IMG/VR virus record: IMGVR_UViG_3300009602_000016
Span: 1-52,836 of that record
DNA: 52,836 nucleotides
Source of the DNA: a virus
Taxonomy: Duplodnaviria > Caudoviricetes
Direction: 5' to 3' (one strand)
In this document: positions 43,768 to 52,188 of the stretch, piece after piece
How the letters are laid out: each line of letters starts with the position of its first letter
Numbering within the stretch: the first letter of the stretch is position 1
Notes under the pieces: model-generated
Told to the model about the DNA's origin: nothing
The model's input: only the letters and a program-made list of their open reading frames with translations
Databases searched by the model: none
Made by a program: the position numbers and the translations under genes

Positions 43768-45782
43768 CAGGCCCTGCCTCTCAGCCGTGGGTCACGACGT
43801 TGTGCTTCGACGACGGCACCGACAGCCCGCCGTTCGAATGTACCATCCAGTGCGAGCACGATCGTTTCGAGCCGGTTGATGGCTGCACTGTCGGCCCCAC
43901 GCGCGTCAATGAATACTGTCGAGCCAACCCTCTTCGTTTGTTGATTGGTTGGCGTGACATCTACTTGCTCGCCTTTGGTGGCCTGGAACTGCACGAGGTT
44001 TGCATCTGTTCCACCACGACCGGCCACTTTGAAGGAGCCACCCTGAGCGAACCGGGGGAATGTCGTACCACCGAATTCTCCCAGGCCGCTAGTGACGCCC
44101 GAACCAGGACCGATCGCAGCAGGTGTTCCACCGCCACCAAAGCCAATGGCGCCTAAGATACTCCCGAAAATGCTACCACCCCCAGCCTTGGCCGCACCGC
44201 CTAAGCTATCAAAGAATGCTGACTTGGCCTGGGCAAAGAGGAAATTCTGAACATCAGCCAGCAGCCCCCGCAATGTCCCACGGAGGTCCTCGCCAGACTG
44301 GATGGCATCCAAGAAGGAACTTGACATTCGCTCACCCAGGACGACCACGACTTTTTGGAACTCCTGCGTTTTCTTCTTGGTCTCAGTCAAGATGTCATTG
44401 GCCTTCACAAGTGACCGCTGGTAAGTATCGAAGTCGATGAGGTTGTTCGCGAACAGATCCTGAAGCTCGAGCAGTCGGGCCTGGTAGTTCTCCATGGGTG
44501 TACGCGTCTCAGTGAATGCGGCCTTGGCCGCGGCCCGAAATTCGTTGTTCTTGTCGATCACCTCCTGCATGACGGCCAGCCCCTCCTGCTGGGCAGCACG
44601 AAATGATCCCCCGGCAGGTCGGCCTACGGAAGGAAAGCCAAGATCCGCCGTGGCATCAGCAAATGGGCTTAGCCCACTCGTCGCAGCAGGAGCCTCCCCT
44701 GCAGCACTGGCGCCGGCAACCCGCAGCCGTTCGGCCTTGCGAAGTGCGGCCAGCATGGAGTTATTCAACCGTTCGATGGCGGCCTGGGTCTCATCAACTC
44801 GTTGCTGTAGCTGGCCACCCAGCCCACTTACACTATCGGCCCAACTCTTCAGCGCACTTTGGTCTTCCAGTTCTTCCCGCAAGCCAACGAGCTTGGCCTG
44901 CAGTTCAGCCATCTTGGCCTGAGCACTCTGGTCAATGATGTTGAAGTATACAGCCCACTCCCGCCCCCAAGTAATGATCGCAGGAATGGAATTCGTCAGG
45001 GCCGTCGCCAGATCAGCAATGGCGTCCGCATTTTCCAGCACGGCCTGCGTCACCTTCACCTTGATCAAGGTGAACAGCAACGTAAGCTCATCCTTAGCCT
45101 TCTCAGCCGACCGTAGCAGGTCCTCCTCCAGCACCAGCCCCAGATCTCTGGCCCGTTGTATGGCGGCCTCCATGCCCCCGATGCCATTCTTAATCAGGTT
45201 GGTCATGTCTACGCCCATGGTCCGCCCAAAGGCCGCAGCGAACAGCGCAGCCCGATCCAGTTGGGAGGTCAGGGAAGCACCCTTTTTGATAATGAGGTCG
45301 AAAGCGTCGTCGACGTTCTGGGCGGCTTGGACATTCTTCAGCAGCTCCGTATCCATGCCTTTCAGGATGGTGATTAAGGTACCCGTGCCCGCGCGGGCTT
45401 CACCGATCCGCTTGGCGAAGGCCGACAGGCCACCGGCCATGGCCCCAACATTAACGCCGGCTAGATCCGCTGCCACACGGAGCTCTTGCAGCTTGGTTGT
45501 AGTGAACCCGGTCTTGTCTGCTGTCTTTGCCAGCTCGTCACCGAAATCAATGGATTTTTTGATGAGCAATCCAAGACCAGTGACACCTGCCGCGAGGACC
45601 ATGGCCCCACGGAAGGACGCCATCTTCTTGACGGCACCCCCGACGGATTTCCCAACACTGCGGAAGGTTTTACCGACGCGGCTCTGGAATGTTCGCAAGC
45701 GCCGTTCGGTCTGATCGATGCCACGATTAAATGGCTTCATGTCAGCCTCGAACCGAATGGCCAATGTGCCTAATGTTGCCAT
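43767..45782 (-). CDS. Tail tape measure protein
   Basis: 671 aa Ala/Gly-rich helical protein after tail chaperones; FAQGG near C-terminus. Confidence 0.9.
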   Translation of the reverse strand: MATLGTLAIRFEADMKPFNRGIDQTERRLRTFQSRVGKTFRSVGKSVGGAVKKMASFRGAMVLAAGVTGLGLLIKKSIDFGDELAKTADKTGFTTTKLQELRVAADLAGVNVGAMAGGLSAFAKRIGEARAGTGTLITILKGMDTELLKNVQAAQNVDDAFDLIIKKGASLTSQLDRAALFAAAFGRTMGVDMTNLIKNGIGGMEAAIQRARDLGLVLEEDLLRSAEKAKDELTLLFTLIKVKVTQAVLENADAIADLATALTNSIPAIITWGREWAVYFNIIDQSAQAKMAELQAKLVGLREELEDQSALKSWADSVSGLGGQLQQRVDETQAAIERLNNSMLAALRKAERLRVAGASAAGEAPAATSGLSPFADATADLGFPSVGRPAGGSFRAAQQEGLAVMQEVIDKNNEFRAAAKAAFTETRTPMENYQARLLELQDLFANNLIDFDTYQRSLVKANDILTETKKKTQEFQKVVVVLGERMSSSFLDAIQSGEDLRGTLRGLLADVQNFLFAQAKSAFFDSLGGAAKAGGGSIFGSILGAIGFGGGGTPAAIGPGSGVTSGLGEFGGTTFPRFAQGGSFKVAGRGGTDANLVQFQATKGEQVDVTPTNQQTKRVGSTVFIDARGADSAAINRLETIVLALDGTFERRAVGAVVEAQRRDPRLRGRA

Positions 45783-46003
45783 CAGTGCTTACGCCCCTTC
45801 TTTGTCTTGTCCATGACCCGCTGGAGCAGCTGACCCTGAATGGCCCCTTCGTCGTCGAGTTCGTTCTCGATCTGCTTGAAGGCCAGCCATTCAGTAATCT
45901 CCTCGCTGGTCAATTCACACAACAGCGCCCTGACGCTGGGATATCCTAACTCGCGACAGAGGGCGAGGTACCTAATCCGCTCGGGGCGCCGCCTAAGTTT
46001 CCC
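45782..46003 (-). CDS. -1 frameshift extension of tail chaperone (gpGT)
   Basis: Slippery heptamer G GGA AAC at 45997-46003; -1 frame reads KLRRRPERIRYLALCRELGYPSVRALLCELTSEEITEWLAF... to a TGA overlapping the tape measure ATG. Confidence 0.85.
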   Translation of the reverse strand, partial: GKLRRRPERIRYLALCRELGYPSVRALLCELTSEEITEWLAFKQIENELDDEGAIQGQLLQRVMDKTKKGRKH

Positions 46004-46353
46004 ACCACTTCCTCGATGTCCTGTTCGGTCAGACCATTCAATCGAGAAGCAACGGCAAAGACACGGTCGAGGGCTTTCGCATTCTTCTTGCCCAGTTCGA
46101 TCATGTCTGCAGCAGTGAACATCAGCTCGCCGTCGCCATTGATGGCGGTCAGAGCAATGAGACGTGCCCGCATGTTCTGGAACACCGACTTACGGCTTTC
46201 ACCGTCCTCCGGCATCAGCGAAGCCTCCCACTTGTCTCGCTCCGTTCCGGTCATCATACGGACAGTCACCTTACCATCCCATTCGGGTACTTCGACATCT
46301 TCAGTACGAAGGTCGTCCGCACCCAAGATGTCCTCCTTGGATAGGGTTCTCAT
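45946..46353 (-). CDS. Tail assembly chaperone (gpG)
   Basis: LSKEDIL, VEVPEWDGKVTVR, ends near slippery site. Confidence 0.85.
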   Translation of the reverse strand: MRTLSKEDILGADDLRTEDVEVPEWDGKVTVRMMTGTERDKWEASLMPEDGESRKSVFQNMRARLIALTAINGDGELMFTAADMIELGKKNAKALDRVFAVASRLNGLTEQDIEEVVGNLGGAPSGLGTSPSVAS

Positions 46354-46374
46354 GCCTCCCTCCTTTCCTAAGGG

Positions 46375-46782
46375 TTATGATGTGGCTCGCGTGAGTGTGC
46401 CAGCCGACTGGATAGTGATATTGGTCGTCGCCAAATCACCCACGGCCCCACCCATCGGCGGGTAGGTTTCCAGCACACCATTGCCGGTGAAGCTGGGGTT
46501 GGTCGCGCTAACGGCCGAACTCGTCGGCACCAGGACACAAGCGAACACGGTTCCAACGATGCTGAAGAGGGTGGCATCGACCTTGGACGCCGCGAAGTCC
46601 TGGGCAAACTCAATGTCGATAGACCAATCCAACAGGCCACCAATGCGTGACCGGGTAGTATCGCTCATCACAGTATCATCTTGCAGCTCCGCGCTATAGT
46701 TCAGAACGCAAGACTTCACGTGGTCCGACAAATCGACCGTGTTGAGTGTGACAGAGTAATCAGTTGCAACGAAGATCGCCAT
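46375..46782 (-). CDS. Major tail tube protein
   Basis: VDLSDHV, AELQDDTV, RIGGL, SATNPSFTG, GAVGDLAT; directly before chaperone. Confidence 0.8.
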   Translation of the reverse strand: MAIFVATDYSVTLNTVDLSDHVKSCVLNYSAELQDDTVMSDTTRSRIGGLLDWSIDIEFAQDFAASKVDATLFSIVGTVFACVLVPTSSAVSATNPSFTGNGVLETYPPMGGAVGDLATTNITIQSAGTLTRATS

Positions 46783-46797
46783 GATGGCTCTCCTTCC

Positions 46798-47529
46798 TTA
46801 GACGATACCAATAGCGCAGATGAACTCAAAGCTCGGTCCTGCGCCACCAATGGTGTAGTTGACCCTCCACCAGTCGTCATTGGCAATCGCGCCCGCAAGA
46901 GACTTCCATTCGGACGTGATCCCGGTCGCCTGGGTGAAGGTCAGGCGATTGGTTGCTGAAGTCATCCCCGAGTTGTCGTCACTTTGAACGATCACATCGA
47001 GGGTGTCGCCAGAGCTGGCAGTGATAACATGGAGCGAGGCATACACACTTTCCCCAGCAGCCACAAGGCCAAGCTGACGAGCAGTGCCATTCCCAGTCGT
47101 GGTCCGGGTGGCATTGTGCATGACCGTCCCTGAGACCAACGGACCCTCACTAGCTTCTGCACGAGCGCTGAAGCTGAGAATTTCTCCCAGCACTGCCTCG
47201 TGATTGTACTCGCCTTCGTTGGCTTGGAAGAAATAAGCCGGCGAAGCATCCGCGCCGTCGGTGGGTCCAACCGTGGTGACGATACCTTGCGTCCCGACCT
47301 TCGGGAATATGTGACTGTCGATGTCGGCTGGTGCTGCTGCCGTATCATAGAAGCCTTCCAGGTTGGCTTGGATCGTCTTGAGCCCACCGATACGCGACCG
47401 AGTATCGTCACCGAACACCGTGTCGTCTTGAAGCTCCGCAGCGTACTCCAGAGCCATCTGGTTCAGGTGCCCGGACAGGTCATGATCACCCAGCCAAAAC
47501 TTGCAGTTCGTAAGGACGTATAGTGCCAT
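46798..47529 (-). CDS. Tail tube paralogue with C-terminal beta-sandwich domain
   Basis: Shares DLS.H, AELQDDTV..D.TRSRIGGL with the downstream tube gene; ~100 extra C-terminal residues. Confidence 0.7.
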   Translation of the reverse strand: MALYVLTNCKFWLGDHDLSGHLNQMALEYAAELQDDTVFGDDTRSRIGGLKTIQANLEGFYDTAAAPADIDSHIFPKVGTQGIVTTVGPTDGADASPAYFFQANEGEYNHEAVLGEILSFSARAEASEGPLVSGTVMHNATRTTTGNGTARQLGLVAAGESVYASLHVITASSGDTLDVIVQSDDNSGMTSATNRLTFTQATGITSEWKSLAGAIANDDWWRVNYTIGGAGPSFEFICAIGIV

Positions 47530-47531
47530 GA

Positions 47532-47942
47532 TCAGGCCTCCATCAATATTGCTCGGAACCGCTGCACACCGTGCCGGGTCAGCCCATCGGGCTCAAGCAA
47601 TGATTGTGAGAATTCGAAGACAATTCCCACGTGAACAAATGTCGCTGGTGTCAGCGTCACCTCGTGCAGTGCTCCGTGGACTGCACTCATAATATCAGAA
47701 ACTTCCTTGCGGCCACGGTAGCGAGACCACGAATGGATTTCGAGTGTGTGCTCAAATCCATTCTTCGCGAACGTACTCTCATCAATCGTGGTCCCCTCGC
47801 CAATGGTCACATAAGGGAACGTCGGATCTTGAGGCACATGATCATAGACCCGTGCCGTGCTGCCGATGAGCCCCTGCACAGTGGCGTCATTACGGATGGC
47901 GTCATAAATCTCGACCTGCAGTTCCCACTCAGATGAAGCCAT
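47532..47942 (-). CDS. Tail terminator/completion protein (DUF3168-like)
   Basis: RVYDHVP..FPYVTIGE, IHSWSRYRG, TRHGVQRFRA. Confidence 0.85.
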   Translation of the reverse strand: MASSEWELQVEIYDAIRNDATVQGLIGSTARVYDHVPQDPTFPYVTIGEGTTIDESTFAKNGFEHTLEIHSWSRYRGRKEVSDIMSAVHGALHEVTLTPATFVHVGIVFEFSQSLLEPDGLTRHGVQRFRAILMEA

Positions 47943-48394
47943 CAGCCTTTCCCCGCTGATCTGGTGAACTTCTTAAGGAAGACCTTGCGGCGTTTCTTAA
48001 AGCCATCCTTAGCGTGTTCGAAGGCCGGTGTCATAAACGGCCGTGCCCCCATGCGGCTGGTCCCGAATTCCAGCATGTCCGAATACTCGGCGCCACTCAC
48101 GGCCTCGGCTGCAAGCCGCTTCCCCCTGGCCATCGATGCCCGGATGTGAGCAGCTAAGAAGCCAGTGTCAGTGGCAGGGGGTTGGCCGGGAGCGGAAGCC
48201 CTGTGGATCACGCTGCGGCGCCGGTACATACGGCCTGACTTGGGTCCACGTTGCACCAGACGCTTGGCCTCCGTCGCAGTGTCCACAGCCGCGGACAATA
48301 ACAGATCGGCCATGGGCTTACGAGCCTTCTCCGGCAGTTTTTTGAGCCGGCCCTTCAGCTCCTTCATGCCGATGATTTTGCTGGCTTGCGCCAT
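47942..48394 (-). CDS. HK97 gp10-family tail morphogenesis protein
   Basis: ASAPGQPPATDTG, LEFGTSRMGARPFMTPA. Confidence 0.88.
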   Translation of the reverse strand: MAQASKIIGMKELKGRLKKLPEKARKPMADLLLSAAVDTATEAKRLVQRGPKSGRMYRRRSVIHRASAPGQPPATDTGFLAAHIRASMARGKRLAAEAVSGAEYSDMLEFGTSRMGARPFMTPAFEHAKDGFKKRRKVFLKKFTRSAGKG

Positions 48395-48726
48395 CAGGTG
48401 GCTACCCCCTCATCGCACAGCATGACAAGGTACCGGGCTTTATCATCCTCAGGATCGAAGATGCCCTTGATGTTGAATGCCCGCGACCCCACCACGAACC
48501 GGTTCTCCGTCGTGATGTCCGTCCGATGCCGAATCGTCACCTGGTGGGTGACTACATCTTCGAGGCCCTGCTGGGCAAGACGCTCGCCCGCGGACATAGG
48601 TTTAATGTGGCCCCACACGCTGGCGACTGCATCCCAGGACAACGTACCACCGGCACCGCCACCAGCATCCGGTGTCATGTTCTTAACCTGCAGGTCGAGC
48701 TGTGTTCTCATCTTGCCGATGTTCAT
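48394..48726 (-). CDS. Head closure protein (SPP1 gp16-like)
   Basis: IGKMR, DAGGG, THQVTIRHR, FNIKGI. Confidence 0.85.
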   Translation of the reverse strand: MNIGKMRTQLDLQVKNMTPDAGGGAGGTLSWDAVASVWGHIKPMSAGERLAQQGLEDVVTHQVTIRHRTDITTENRFVVGSRAFNIKGIFDPEDDKARYLVMLCDEGVAT

Positions 48727-49400
48727 CCGACTTCTATGATCCGTTTGCTATCCCAAAGGGATCTGACACCCCAGGGCATTTGATTGGCATTTGTCTCCTG
48801 GACTTCCGCACGGTTCTCGTACAGATGCCCGATGAGCATAAGCATTCCCGACATGAGGTCATCGGGTATGCTACCAGCGACGCCATAGCCACAGACGAAT
48901 TGGACTTCAATGCCATTCGCTACACGCGAGGGGTTCGGCCAACTGGAGCCAGATCGCAAAACAATCCGCCCGGGTTCGGTCGCTGTATCGACGAAGTAAT
49001 TACTGGCAGCGAATGTCGTCGCTACATCGGCATCATCGTAAGTTTTGATGTGCGTTACTGATGCTAAAGGTGGCTTGGGTAACACGATCCCTTCCGCTCG
49101 GCCGGTAATGATGCTCTCAGGACCGGTGCGAGTGCCTTCCCACAGCGCATCGGCATCATTGGAGAACGGCCATTGGTCCATGAACGCTTGCCACGTCTGA
49201 GTGATCAGCGCCCGCCCCGTGTAATCCTCACAGCGTTGACGAGCCGCCACGATGAGATTGGTGATGAGGGTATCGTCTGCTGTATCGGTCACCTTCAGAT
49301 GATCCTTGGCAGTCGCTACCAACATCGGCTCAACGGTGGGAGCGCCCTGTTCCGTAAGACGGAGCGGGAGCTTAATCAGTCGAGTTGGACTGAGGGACAA
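48723..49400 (-). CDS. Head-tail connector/adaptor (gp6-like)
   Basis: EP...AKDHLKV..DDTLI, EDYTGRALITQTW, LIGHLYENR. Confidence 0.9.
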   Translation of the reverse strand: MSLSPTRLIKLPLRLTEQGAPTVEPMLVATAKDHLKVTDTADDTLITNLIVAARQRCEDYTGRALITQTWQAFMDQWPFSNDADALWEGTRTGPESIITGRAEGIVLPKPPLASVTHIKTYDDADVATTFAASNYFVDTATEPGRIVLRSGSSWPNPSRVANGIEVQFVCGYGVAGSIPDDLMSGMLMLIGHLYENRAEVQETNANQMPWGVRSLWDSKRIIEVG

Positions 49401-49403
49401 TGA

Positions 49404-49619
49404 TCAGTCTCCCTTGTCCTCGGGGGCGCCGGCCTTGGCCTTGTTGTCCTTCTTTTCTTTTTTGGCCTTGGGGGCCGTGGTGTCTTCGGCCAGGCCACCT
49501 TCGACGAACACATCCCGCAAGCGTTCGGGCACGTTGTGCTTATCGCCCTCCTTGAAGTGTTCGACTTTGGCGCCGTCTGGCGAGCCGTCACAGTCCTGTT
49601 TCATCTTGACCCACATCAA
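49404..49619 (-). CDS. Small head-module protein
   Basis: Typical small gene preceding the connector; basic tail ending APEDK; AAGGAG RBS. Confidence 0.65.
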   Translation of the reverse strand: MMWVKMKQDCDGSPDGAKVEHFKEGDKHNVPERLRDVFVEGGLAEDTTAPKAKKEKKDNKAKAGAPEDKGD

Positions 49620-49633
49620 ATTCTCTCCTTCCG

Positions 49634-51088
49634 TTATTTAAGATGACCACGCATGGCCGCATACTCCAATGTCGTGAGCACCACCGGATTGGATCGGGGA
49701 GAAGCGAGTGTGCTCACGAGCATTGCCTCCCCGAATTTCTTCGGCGGGACACCGTGCTTCGGGTCCAACCTCACCCACCTCATTAGCGCCGGGAATAGAA
49801 CGATCCGACGCAGATTATAGAAGGGATACTCCCTGAGGGCCATCCGCTCAAGCTGGTAAGCCAGCTTCGGCACCTCCCGTTTAACGTTCTCAGCGATCAT
49901 GTGCATCTGTTCGGCCTTGGCCTCCTTGATGCCATAGTAGCCAACGATCGCTATCGTCACTGCCATCAACCCAGGCAACACCAGCCGACGCAGCGCGCTC
50001 CTTCGCGCACGCCCGAAGGCGGGTGCCATTACTCCCAGGCCCACGACCGCCATGAAGGCCGTCGCTGGGTTCTGTAAGGGGAAGGACACCAGGGCCAGGG
50101 TTGCCAGGGCGGCCAGGGAAAAACAATGGGGGCCGATGCCCACACATCGCTTTAGGACCATGACCGCAAAAATGGTGACGATGCCAAATCCCACAAGACC
50201 CAGGTCGCTCAACAGCTGCAGATATTCGTTGTGCGCTGCCTCGACCACGGTGCCCGGCGTCACCACTTCCGTGAATGGTGCCGTCGCGAAAAAAGGATAC
50301 TGGTACAGATACCCACCAAATCCCTGCCCGATCAATGGAGCAGCCCACCACATCCGCAGCGTGGTCTGAGCGAATTCCCAACGGAAGCGTAAGGACGTCT
50401 GGAGCTCCGTACTGCTCCACAGGACGACCAAGAGGACAACGGATAGGCCCAAGGCTATGATAAGAAGATCAGTGGTCATCACACGGCGTCTCCAGGCGCA
50501 TATGGCGAAGGCGACCATGCCCGCAAAAGCGACGAACTCGCTATGGCTGGGGTTGTCCCAAAGCTGGTAGGCGGCAGCAATGACCACGGCACTGCGGATA
50601 ACCCAAGGCACTCGCCACACGGCCCAGGGCAGCGCCACCAGGATCATCTCCGAGACCAAGTTGTCATTCCCAAAGCCCCCTCGCCAATCTGGCCGGAGGA
50701 TATCACTAACGCTAGCAACGATAATTGCCGCAGCGGCAGCCCAACTCATCGCAGTAATCAAGAAATCTTGGTCCACTCGTCGGACCAAAATAAACAATAT
50801 GAGCAACGCCGTGGCATGGAACATCTGATGTGTGTACTGAGCAACGTCGGGGGTCCATGCAATGGAGGCTGCAGCCCAAGCGAGCATCATCCCGGCCACC
50901 ATATCGACGACATCCAGGCGAGCCCGATCGGTAATCAGCAGCACGCACCCCACGGCAGCCAGCACTTCAATCGCCAGCCATTTGGGTGCTACCACTAGAC
51001 CCCAACTTGGAACGTGGCCCGCCATCGCCGCGGTCGCAAGGACCGCAGCAATGACGAGCGCACATCCCTTGTAGTACGTGGTCAGCAT
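49634..51088 (-). CDS. O-antigen ligase/O-oligosaccharyltransferase (WaaL/PglL-like, Wzy_C) family membrane protein
   Basis: About 12 hydrophobic segments; GGFGNDN, R..FAQTTLRMW..APLIGQGFGGY, AHNEYLQLLSDLGLVG, SFPLQNP; soluble helical C-terminus. Confidence 0.88.
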   Translation of the reverse strand: MLTTYYKGCALVIAAVLATAAMAGHVPSWGLVVAPKWLAIEVLAAVGCVLLITDRARLDVVDMVAGMMLAWAAASIAWTPDVAQYTHQMFHATALLILFILVRRVDQDFLITAMSWAAAAAIIVASVSDILRPDWRGGFGNDNLVSEMILVALPWAVWRVPWVIRSAVVIAAAYQLWDNPSHSEFVAFAGMVAFAICAWRRRVMTTDLLIIALGLSVVLLVVLWSSTELQTSLRFRWEFAQTTLRMWWAAPLIGQGFGGYLYQYPFFATAPFTEVVTPGTVVEAAHNEYLQLLSDLGLVGFGIVTIFAVMVLKRCVGIGPHCFSLAALATLALVSFPLQNPATAFMAVVGLGVMAPAFGRARRSALRRLVLPGLMAVTIAIVGYYGIKEAKAEQMHMIAENVKREVPKLAYQLERMALREYPFYNLRRIVLFPALMRWVRLDPKHGVPPKKFGEAMLVSTLASPRSNPVVLTTLEYAAMRGHLK

Positions 51089-51670
51089 TTACCGATCGAT
51101 GGTAATGGTGAACACGGCCTTGGCAGTCGTTGACGAGGCACCATCGCTCTCGATGACAATACGTTCACCCGCGGCCACTGTGTTAAGCGCAGTGGGTGTC
51201 GCGGTTCCCGTATCGCCGACCGAGATTGGTGAGGCCACATCGACCTCGCCACCAGTGATCGGTGTCTTTCCGGTAGCGTCCTGGATGTAAGCGACGAAGG
51301 TTAGGTCACTCGCCGACCCTTCCGTGATCGCTGTATCAATGGACACGCGGATCGAACTGATATCACCGGCAACGGGCATCGGGACGTACACCGTTGAGGA
51401 GGCCGTCTGAATATCTGCCAGTGTAAATGACAGATACGCTTCGTCCAGCTCCGCACCGGTTGCCGATACCGTGGTGCTCGCAATGGAGAACGTGCCACCG
51501 CTTTCGATGTCCAGGTCACCGCCGCTGGCGATATCGAGCGATCCACCGATCACCCAACGCGCACCACCTTGCTCCGAATAATTGCTGACATTCTGAGCAA
51601 TAGCGGCACCAGCGAAGATGCACAGGCCAACAAACAATCCTGACAAGGCTTTCTTCAGAAGATTTCGCAT
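51089..51670 (-). CDS. Head fibre/decoration protein-like with N-terminal Sec signal peptide
   Basis: MRNLLKKALSGLFVGLCIFAGAAIA then QNVSNYSEQGGARWVIGGSLDI, resembling the NYTEQGG..VIGG.L start of phage head-fibre proteins; Ser/Thr-rich beta C-terminus. Confidence 0.65.
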   Translation of the reverse strand: MRNLLKKALSGLFVGLCIFAGAAIAQNVSNYSEQGGARWVIGGSLDIASGGDLDIESGGTFSIASTTVSATGAELDEAYLSFTLADIQTASSTVYVPMPVAGDISSIRVSIDTAITEGSASDLTFVAYIQDATGKTPITGGEVDVASPISVGDTGTATPTALNTVAAGERIVIESDGASSTTAKAVFTITIDR

Positions 51671-51750
51671 TGCGTTTCTCCTTCCAATGGGTCAGGCCTG
51701 GGTGGCACCAGGGAGGCAGTACACCACCCAGACCATCCCACTCGCCCTGG

Positions 51751-52173
51751 TCAGGTGGCTTGCGCCGTGACCGGAGCGTGCCTGGCCTTGCCGGACAGCC
51801 AACAGGCGCAGAAGAACGCGACGCCCGCATTGCCGGCCGGTGTGATGGTTGCCCTCAGATACCGCTCCGGAGGCACGATGCCGATACGACGGACGGTGTT
51901 GTCGTCGGCTTCGTCGAACGAGACATTGGCCTCGTCCACCTGCAGGAAGGCATCGTCGACCGCGACGTTATCCGACAAGCCGCTGTCGTCGCCGCTTTCG
52001 ATGAGAACGGTGAAGGTGGCAGCCGCGTCCGCCAGGGACCCGATGAGAATGAGGAGCAGAACTTCCTCGAACCCCTGGGTGTCCAGGATCTCAGACACGA
52101 GCACCGTGTTGTCGCTGCTGTCGGCAATGGGGCTAATCGCCCGAGCCGGCAGAAGATTGTTATAGAGGTTCAT
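51751..52173 (-). CDS. Capsid decoration/cement protein-like
   Basis: Immediately after capsid; ILDTQGF, IESGDDSGLSD, IG...RYLRATIT beta-sandwich pattern. Confidence 0.65.
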   Translation of the reverse strand: MNLYNNLLPARAISPIADSSDNTVLVSEILDTQGFEEVLLLILIGSLADAAATFTVLIESGDDSGLSDNVAVDDAFLQVDEANVSFDEADDNTVRRIGIVPPERYLRATITPAGNAGVAFFCACWLSGKARHAPVTAQAT

Positions 52174-52188
52174 GATGATGAGCCCTCC

